From Haliotis cracherodii (taxonomy: Eukaryota), in contig NW_027266297.1 of assembly GCF_022045235.1 (NCBI RefSeq), positions 70,060,001-70,124,000 of the forward strand: 64,000 nt of DNA, given 5' to 3'. A program made the translations under genes and the position numbers. Below the pieces are notes generated by a model. That model ran no database searches, had not been told where the DNA came from, and worked only from the letters and a program-made list of their open reading frames with translations. Below are positions 13,760 to 22,880 of the stretch, piece after piece (within the stretch, counting starts at the first letter, position 1; every line of letters begins with the position of its first letter).

Positions 13760-14925
13760 AATGCCATCAAGTGATATCCTAGGACTCCCCAAATGATGTC
13801 AGCCAGGAGTTTCCTCAAGTTATGTCCTCGAGTGATGTTGTCCGTGGAATTCCTCAAATGATGTCCTCGAGAGATGTGAATGAGTGAGTGAATGAGTGAG
13901 TTGATATTGACGTCGTATCGGCACTATTTCAGCCATGCAGCGACGAGAACAAGTTTATATATAAACAATTGATGAATCATGAGTACAAAGTTATATTCAA
14001 AAACGAATTTGTCAAACATATTTTGGCATAACAATGTTATTTACAACTGTTTAAAACACTGGCCTGGGATATACGGTGCCTCTGCTTCCTGCATCCCTCA
14101 CTTCAGCCTCTGGTGGTTGTGGCCATTGCTAGCCAATATAAAAAATGCTCAGCAGTGAGTTGGCTTGTTGATGATAGTTACATCGATTATGATAGGAATT
14201 ACGTGTCACAGGGGGACAATCATCTTACGGCATTTTAACCTCCTGGACAGAGCCTTCAATAATCTTTGTTGATAAGATCACACCAAGTTTGAAGACAAAC
14301 AGTTAGTTTTTCGTATACATATTTACAATTTATGATACAGACCATTTTTTTTCAAGTAGCTTAAGATGAGATGCCGTCTTACACGGCGAAAAAGTTCTGA
14401 CATATTTACTGTTTGAGAAGGTCCACACAGTCAAGCAAAATATGCTCGATGGTGCCTAGAGTGATGTCATCCTTTGAATAACCCAAATGAAATCATGGAA
14501 CTTCCTAAAATGATGTCCTCGACTAATGTCCTCCTGGGAATTCCTCAATTGCAGTCCCCACGGGGCTTCCTAATGTCCTCGAGAGATGTCCTCCTTGGAA
14601 TCCCCCAAATGCAGTCCTCCTGTAGCTTCGTAAACTAATGTCCTCGAGAGATGTCCTCCTTGGAATCCCCCAAAATGCAGTCCTTCTGGAGCTTCGTAAA
14701 ATAATGTCCTCGAGAGATGTCCTCCTTGCAATTCCTCAAATGATGTCCTCCTGGGAATTCCTCAAATGATGTCTTCGAGAGATCTCCTCCATGGATTTGT
14801 CGAAAATTTTATTTAATGTATACCTTCTCGTCACGATATGGCTGAAATACTGACGATGTGACGTTACATGTTAACTCACTCACTCACTCCTCCATGGAAT
14901 TCCCCAAATGATGTCCTCCAGGGAC
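13760..14925. repeat. Degenerate ~39-bp tandem repeat interrupted by LINE fragments
   Basis: Unit GATGTCCTCGAGAGATGTCCTCCTTGGAATTCCTCAAAT at 13760-13878, 14456-14800 and 14890-14925. Confidence 0.8.
13879..14455 (-). mobile_element. 3' fragment of an I/Nimb-group LINE
   Basis: Minus strand encodes TIEHILLDCVDL (end of the C-terminal CCHC knuckle typical of I-group ORF2), followed by a 3' UTR ending ...ATGGCTGAAATAGTGCCGATACGACGTCAATATCAACTCACTCATTCACTCACTCA. Tail-only copies at ~11060-11120 and ~14825-14890. Confidence 0.6.
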
Positions 14926-14929
14926 TTGT

Positions 14930-15160
14930 TTTGTAGAGGGTTAACCTGGAGACAGATATGATATATCACCCATGTATTGTGGAGAGTTAACCTGGAGATA
15001 GGTATGATATATCACCCACGTATTGTAGAGGGTTAACCTGGAGACAGGTATGATATATCACCCATGTATTGTGGAGGGTTAACCTGGAGACATATATGAT
15101 ATAGCACCCATGTATTGTGGAGGGTTAACCTGGAGACAGTTATCATATAACACCCATGTC
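14930..15160. repeat. 46-bp minisatellite, ~5 copies
   Basis: Unit GTATTGTGGAGGGTTAACCTGGAGACAGATATGATATATCACCCAT. Confidence 0.9.
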
Positions 15161-15939
15161 TTGGGGCATGGTAACTGTTGCTCATGAGGGTAGTCTTCTT
15201 CAAGACGGGCGTATTATGACCATGGTTTTCACTTGAAGTAGTTTATATCACTACCAGGACGCGTGTCAGTGTTCATGCACACCTTTGTTGTCTACTGTCT
15301 CATGGTTATAAAGTAGGGTGTCAAGCCTCCATTACACACAGCAAGGTAGCGGGGAAAGGTCACGGTTATGTGGGGCGCCCAGACTCGCCTGCAGGTACAC
15401 ACTGCATGGACAGCAACAGATAACGTGTACACAGTACTATACACCAACTCCACAGATAACAGCAACAGGAGGGACATGGATTATATCAGAAAGATATCCA
15501 CTAGTCTGATGGACCTATGCAGTTAAAGCTCAAACAGATAATATGAAGTTTACATATGGCTTTTCCATTGGACAAGAGGTCGGTCACATGACCGCGAAAC
15601 CGACGTTCATTAAGAACTGACGCGGTTTTTTACGTTTATAACTCCATAAACGTAAAAACATAAATAAAGTCAATTCATATAAATAAATACGCCAGCTCTT
15701 ATAACGTATAAACTTATAAACTCAAATACACTGTGGACAACGGTCCGAAATCAGTGACATTGCAGAAATGCCCATTACAGTATCAGCCAATCAGGAAAGA
15801 GTAGTCCGTTAGTGGGGAAAACCAAAACAAATCGATTGGTTAGCCAATCAAATGCTACGGAATCACTTGCAAGGTATTTATACGCGTACGAACTACACAT
15901 TTTGACGTTCGTGCGTTTTTCACGAGAGTGTATTCTTGT

Positions 15940-16760
15940 CTTTGCCAATCCGAACAGAAATTCCGATTCGACTGCATAATGAAACACATCAACAAGAAAA
16001 GGAGCACAGTTGGTGCCCATGACGATGCCTACTTCTTGCCAAATCACGATCTTACCCTCAAATGTTACAAAGATGTTATCAATGAGGAAGAGAACAACAT
16101 GTCTTGAGGTTTTGGAGTCAAATCAAAAGTTGATAGTACTGATGCATGTTTTAGGCCATAAATGTATGCCAAAAAACCCTAACAAATTCATTGATCAAAC
16201 GATCAATGTAGTAATGCTTACATATAATGGTTATGTTATTTGAGGCCTTGTCAGTGGGAACAACTACAAACTTTCCATGTAGGGCAGTCAGACAGAATGG
16301 GTTTATTTTTCCTCTTTCTAAGTTTGTGCATTCTACCAATGACAACATCACGCACTGACTCAATCCACTCTGGAAGACATTCAACAGGTTCCTCTTCTCT
16401 TCTGGACCATTTTTTGGCGTATTTTTCGACAGCATCCATAATCATTTTAAAGTTGTGATCCCAATTGGAAGGAGGTTGCTCACAATATTTTGGTCCACAC
16501 AGCTGGCTGGGACAGAATGGGTATATTTCAATTCAGTGATATCCCTTTTTAGTTTGTGCATTCTACTAATGACAACATCCCGTACTGATTTGACACACTA
16601 TAGAAGACAGAGAACATGTTCCTCTGCTCTTTTGGCCCATTTTTGGCATATGCTTCGACAGCATCCAAAATGATAATGTGACTCCAATTGGAAGGAGACT
16701 GCTCGCGATATGATGGTCCATATTTGAACTGACGAAGGTTGTCAACAGTAGAGAAGTCAT
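15940..16760 (-). mobile_element. Penelope-like retroelement remnant (RT fragments)
   Basis: Minus-strand peptides QEVGIVMGTNCAPFLVDVFHYAVESEF and LHGKFVVVPTDKASNNITIICKHYYID are typical of PLE RT ORFs. Stops and frameshifts, with an internal duplication (16300-16490 vs 16545-16720). Confidence 0.75.
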
Positions 16761-18234
16761 CTACACCTACAGGTTAATGGCAGCATGATGAGCCTTGGCA
16801 GCCACAAGTAGTGGAATGTACATCATGAGCTGCCAAGTCCACGTTCTGCAACACGTTCCTAGAAGGGAACAACCTGGGTGAAATGATGTTCGTCAAGGAA
16901 AATGAAATTGTTGGTGGTTCCTGGAATTATAAATATTGTGGGACATTTTCAGGAACCGATTTTTGTCTGAGAATGTTGCTTAAATGAAAGGCATCAACTC
17001 ACTGTTTGCAAATTTCAAATTCAAGAACATGCGGTCTTTGTCTGCTTTAGTGGAGTCTGGTTTGGCCAAACGTTTCAAATGATGATGATGATGATGATGA
17101 TGATGTTGTAGATTTAACGAGCGCTTCTGGTGTTGCCGATTTCGCACTCGCACGTTTCAAAGCAACACCAAAAGCTATGCTATCTAGTCGATACTGTGGG
17201 GTCTTTCTGTTTGTAGACCCATCCAGCAGCAAAAGTTGCTAGACTCGTATAATTTCTTTCAGTGACACAGCAGTCTTGTAATTTTCTCACTGTCACATAC
17301 TGCTGCTACACACTTTAAGCCACCCTATAGATAGACACCCGTCGTCGACGCCAGAGTCCCCACGTTCTCGCCTGAACCTGTCACTGATGGTCGGATCCAG
17401 GTGGATCCAGGTGGAGCCAGGTGGTGATATAGTGTAGCCTGTCGGGGAACGGAGCCTCACCCTCGCAACAAAGGCGCTTACAAGATACCATCTTCTCGAA
17501 GCAAGGGAGTTTTCCACAGTTAACTCCCTCTCCTCGGGGAGATGACAATACAGATAGCATCGAGTACGGTTATGTGAGAGGTTACACGGACAATGGGACA
17601 TTTTAATCTAATCTGGTGATGCAGTAATGTGAAGTGATGCAGGTACACACACCACATCTACCCCACTGATAGGTAGCGTGAGTATACCTGGCCGGGCCTG
17701 ACTGTACATACCGACGCTGATTGGCCATGCAGGGTGACACACTTGTGTGATACCTCGCTACATTGTAACAAGCTATTACATTCTTTTTACATTCACTTTT
17801 GGGTCTTTTTTGGTTTTTGTTTTGACTTGAATGTTTAGTATCGTTTTTCTACTTCTCCCGTGTTTTATAGTAGCCTATGATCACTCAACCTCATTTGTCT
17901 TGTCTTGTGTACTGTGCAGTTATACAGAAAAGGTTCACATTTGATATAGTCTTTTAATGAATTTATGTGCTGAGTTTATAGCTTGAAGGGAGGAACAGAA
18001 AACATTTGTAAAATGCTATTGGAAATTATTGTTCGCCGAGGAACACCAGAACATGCTTGTAAAACGTCACCCGTATTTTTACAGGTGTAAACATATCGAT
18101 ATGCCTAAGGAAAAAATGAGTCTTTACCCTATACCTCACAGTCACATAAAACAACTGGTTAAACAATTGTTTTATTGGATAAAAATCATCCACAAACATA
18201 TGAGAAGAAATCACGTGGTATGCTCTTTGTCCCT

Positions 18235-18512
18235 CTATTGTATCTACATCATTACAGACACGTGGAGGGAAGGCAGTTCTGAGATAGTTATACAACCCTG
18301 ACACGTTACACCATATCCTGCTTTTGTATCTACATCATTACAGACAGTTTAACACGTGGAGGGAAGGCAGTTCTGAGATAGTTATACAACCCTGACACGT
18401 TACACCGTGTCCTGCTATTGTATCTACATCATTACAGACAGTTTAACACGTGGAGGGAAGACAGTTCTGAGATAGTTATACAACCCTGACACGTTACACC
18501 ATGTCCTTCTAT
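18235..18512. repeat. ~94-bp tandem repeat, 3 copies
   Basis: Unit TGTATCTACATCATTACAGACA...ACAACCCTGACACGTTACACC. Confidence 0.92.
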
Positions 18513-18679
18513 TGGCCATCTAAAAGTGCATCCACGAGATTCTTCAGTACCAAAATAACTCCAGTAGTCTTTTCATTGGTTGATAATTAATCACTGAAAT
18601 TGGAGAGGTCATTGTCCTTGTAATTCATCAGATGAATCAGATGAAATAATCGGTTATCAGCAGAGATTCTTAGCTTTGT

Positions 18680-18800
18680 CAAAGTAAGATTCAATATCAG
18701 CTGTGAATATATTGAACAATGTCAGGGGTAGTATGAAGCCTTGTCTAACCGCTATGTTTGTTGCCGATATACGCTGTGAAGACTTCACATGTAGAGCCCA
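18680..18800 (-). mobile_element. Small non-LTR retrotransposon RT fragment
   Basis: AVRQGFILPLTLFNIFTADI resembles the LINE RT motif GVRQGxxLSPxLFNI. Confidence 0.5.
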
Positions 18801-18984
18801 TTTGTAGATACACAGCACACTACCCCCTGTACATGGAGTAGCTGGCACTGTTTCACGGACATGTTCTGTCTAGTTTCATGTCAGTATGACCTTTGTCCCC
18901 GACACAGGCTGGCAGGGGATCGGATCAGCCATTGTTACATTGACCGTTTAACTGCTTACACTTATATATGCGCAGTGTTCCATA

Positions 18985-19915
18985 CATGTGTTATATCGTA
19001 TATCCGTACTGGTCTATGCTATGGTATATCATATATTCGTACTAGTCTATACGTGTGGTATATCGTATATCCGTACTGGTCTATACTGTGATCTATACCG
19101 TGGTGTATGATATATTCGTACTGTTCTATAGATATGATTTATCATATATTCGTACTGTTCTACACATGTGGTATATCATATATCCGTACTGTTCTATATC
19201 TGTGGTGTATCATATATTCGTACTGTTTTATATCTGTGGTGTATCATATATTCGTACTGTTCTATAGATGTGTTATGTCATATATTCGTACTGTTCTGCA
19301 CATGTGGTATATCATATATCCGTACTGTTCTATATCTGTGGTGTATCACATATTCGTACTGTTTTATATATATGATTTATCATATATTCGTACTGTTCTA
19401 TAGATGTGGTATGTCGTATATCCGTACTGTTCTATATCTGTGGTGTATCACATATTCGTACTGCTCTGTAGATGTGGTATGTCATATATTCGTAATGTTC
19501 TGCACATGTGGTATATCATATATCCGCACTGTTCTATATATTGTGGTGTATCATATATTCGTACTGTGCTGTAGATGTGATATATCTTATATTCGTACTG
19601 TTCTATAGATGTGATATATCATATATTCGTACTGTTCTATAGATGTGATATATCATATACTTGTACTGTTCTATAGATGTGATATATCATATACTTGTAC
19701 TGTTCTATAGATGTGATATATCACATATTCGTACTGCTCTATAGATGTGGTATGTCATATATCCGTATTGCTCTATATCTGTGGTGTATCATATATTCGT
19801 ACTGTTCTATAGATGTGATATAATCATATATTCGTACTGCTCTATAGATGTGGTATGTCATATATTCGTACTGTTCTGCACATGTGGTATATCATATATC
19901 CGTACTGTTCTACAC
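18985..19915. repeat. AT-rich ~34-bp minisatellite directly upstream of the SELENOP promoter
   Basis: Unit ATATCATATATTCGTACTGTTCTATAGATGTGAT. Confidence 0.95.
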
Positions 19916-19989
19916 TGGGGGTCAGAGACCGAGTAGATCCCGTGATAAGACCGGAAGGGGTTAAAGGGTAAGGTTCACGAGTCAGCAGA

Positions 19990-20083
19990 TAGCCTGCACA
20001 CATCAGCGCGCGTCACTCACCATCTCCTCAGTTTGTGTGAGCTCGTCCCGGGGAGACCACGGCACAAAGAACGCTCCACTAAG
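19990..20083 (+). promoter_or_regulatory. Putative core promoter and non-coding first exon of SELENOP
   Basis: Initiator-like TCAGTT at 20028-20033, a GC-richer unique stretch, and a strong donor AAG|GTAAGG at 20083/20084. The ATG-containing exon starts at an acceptor (22840), so an upstream exon is required. MRE core TGCACAC at 19995-20001. Confidence 0.55.
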
Positions 20084-22593
20084 GTAAGGATTGTCGTCTG
20101 GTAGGAACCAAACAGTTTGCAAAACAATTCATAGCGTACTAATATTCATCAGTAACTTGAACGATAGTTATTCGTTACGCATTCAACTTTTGCGGTTTCT
20201 GCGTTGACTCTAACGACGCAAATCAGGTCCCCTGAAGATGAGACCCATATTTTGCCCCTCAAAATAAGAATTTCAACCTGACAGTCTGATCATCCAGATC
20301 TGTCACACAGACCCTGAAACAAACATATCCAATACAGCCCATGCAAGTCTAATATAGTGGGCAAGCTAAGATTACTTCCGTTTGTGAAAATGAAGAGAGT
20401 CTCTGGCTCCTTTATTAAGATATTTTAACAACTGTAAAATATGATCATCTCAGAGACTAGGAGTTGGTCTGTGATCTTCCGTTCACTTTAAGATGCAGCG
20501 TTTTTCGTTATAGTGATGGATGTACAGATGCTTGTGTTTTATCCTGTACTGTCTCCCATACATAAATATATATCAGTCAATGTTGGGTGGCATCACGTGA
20601 CGAGCGTTAAACAAGATTGTTGACGGTCATGATGATCGTTGTATATTACACAACAGCCCAATGCATAATCAACAGCCACCAGTGCAAAACGCCCACAGTT
20701 TAGTAAACAAACTAGAAACTGATCCGGGAGCGCCATTAAAACGTTTGACCTCTTGAACTCCAACGACTGCTTGTAGAATGAATGACCTTGATCAGTCGTT
20801 GGAACGGGTCACGCTACGTGCACGTGAACTTAATCCACCAGATACACAACAATAGACGCTATCTCGCGGACAGCTCATACACAACAATCTTTAGTAATGG
20901 CCGACAGTTTTATCTGGTATTAGATAACTCGAAGAACTTAACATATGATTTATTGAGCTCACCTGACCCAATCTTTTACGCATACTATTTGCGCGTTATA
21001 CTCTATATGCATGTATGGTTATTTGATAGAAAGATATGAGGCATATGTATAATCTGTACAATAACATATAATTTTGTCCGTTTTTTTATGTTGAGTAATT
21101 TTGATTATTTTGGCCCTGTTATGCATCCAATGAATACACGTCCATAGTATCTATATCCAGGTGAGCTACGGTCTCTAAGGTTCCATTATGCAACACATTT
21201 ATATCTCCATTCCATTGTAATACAACTAATAGTAGAGATTGTCTACACGAGCTCTATGTTAGCTCGCCTGTCCTGACGTTGTCTGGCATCATGACTGTAG
21301 AATATATACTTTTTTATGAAAACAAATCCAATCTAAATATATATACAAAAGTAAGTCAAGCCAGCTCTAGCAAGCTCTATTCCACGTCAGCTTCAGGAAA
21401 ATTATTTGTTTTAATTTTAGAAGAGAGCAATGTATCGTGCAATATAAATTTTCATAGACAATATTTTAGTCTAGTCCTTACGGTATATGTCGACAATCGT
21501 CGTGAAACTTTCGATGGATTCGGCTTGAAATCTCGTGTGGGTGTTTGTTACCATCAGGGAATTCAAGTTTGTTTGAGGCATCAAGCCTGCGGTATCAGTA
21601 TAGCAGCCAGAATCCTGAAACCTGGTGAACGCGGTGTTCACTATTTATAGTTCCCTATTAGTTCGAGGCATCGTGATTCAAAATCAAATATGTCTGCCAG
21701 CAGCCATATTTGAAAATATATCAACTCGCGCATCGTCCTCGGTAAACATATTCTTCCCTAAAACCACTCGGACCCAATGAACTGAACCTCCACATGCTTC
21801 CCACCAATGATGACACCCCAATTCTTTCAAGAGGTTAGAACTAGACTTTCAATATGGCTGTCATGGCAGCCATATTGAAATATCTGTTTATGGCCGCTAC
21901 TCATGAAGTTTTTGTCATAAAGTTTGCTATATGTGTCGATGGTAGTGGGAGCTCAACATATGTTTCGGTTGTATTTTTTTGTTCTTGCGATATTTTAAAT
22001 GTTTACCTTTATTTGACCAATGTAGTCTGAACTTATCTAAAAATGCAGTTCTTTGCACTGCAATGTAAACACGATGTCAGACACCACCGAATCAATGAAG
22101 TTGAAACTTCACAAACTTGTCCCACCATTGATGAAGCCCTTTACTCAAGAGGTTCGAATACAATTTTCAACGTGGCCGCTTTGTACAGCAGCCAAATTGA
22201 AAACCTATAGTTGTGGTCATTACTCGGCCATTTTTGTTCAACCTTTGCGTTTGAACCATACTCTTTAATTATCATAAAAGCACTTTTGAGCTCTGTAAAA
22301 CGTAGGTCCCCAGAACCACTGGATCAGTGACGCATCCCATGTTTGTCCCCACCAACTAACAGTTTCATCGCAATTTGTTAAAGTGTCCCGGATCCAATTT
22401 TCAAAAGACCTCCTTCTGATATGGGAATCATTGGGAGTTGAATGTGTGTACTCAATATTAATGCAGAAAATACTACCAATGATGACAACAGGAACCTTTG
22501 ACAGTTTAGATGATTGACAGCATGGCTAGATAATCCAAAGTGTAGCACTGCTTTTTTTTAATTCACCACATAAGCGTTTATGTGGATTTAAGT

Positions 22594-22787
22594 GTTTGTT
22601 TGTTTCTTAATTAACGCCGCACTCAGAATTATTCCAGCTTTATGGCGGAGGTCTGTAAATAATCAAGTCTGGACCAGACAATTCAGTGATTGATATCATG
22701 ATATCACGCAATGTGGGATACGATGACATGCATCAACCAAGTCAAAGTCGCTTTTACGGCAAGTATGGGTCGCTTGGATCTTCAGGG
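22594..22787 (-). mobile_element. SINE family A copy (internally deleted)
   Basis: Reverse-complement match with gaps, just upstream of the SELENOP exon 2 acceptor. Confidence 0.7.
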
Positions 22788-22848
22788 TAGTTATTATAAT
22801 GTGGATGATGATATTAATGACATTGTTGTTTGTCCTCAGGTTGTTCAC

Positions 22849-22880
22849 GCCACTATGCGGGGCCCGCGGGCTCTGCTGGC
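22849..22880 (+). promoter_or_regulatory. GC-rich stem-loop overlapping the SELENOP AUG (initiation stem-loop candidate)
   Basis: GCCA(22849-52)/TGGC(22877-80) and GCGGGGCC(22857-64)/GGCTCTGC(22869-76) pair around a CGCG loop, with the AUG (22855-57) in the bulge/stem. Confidence 0.55.
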
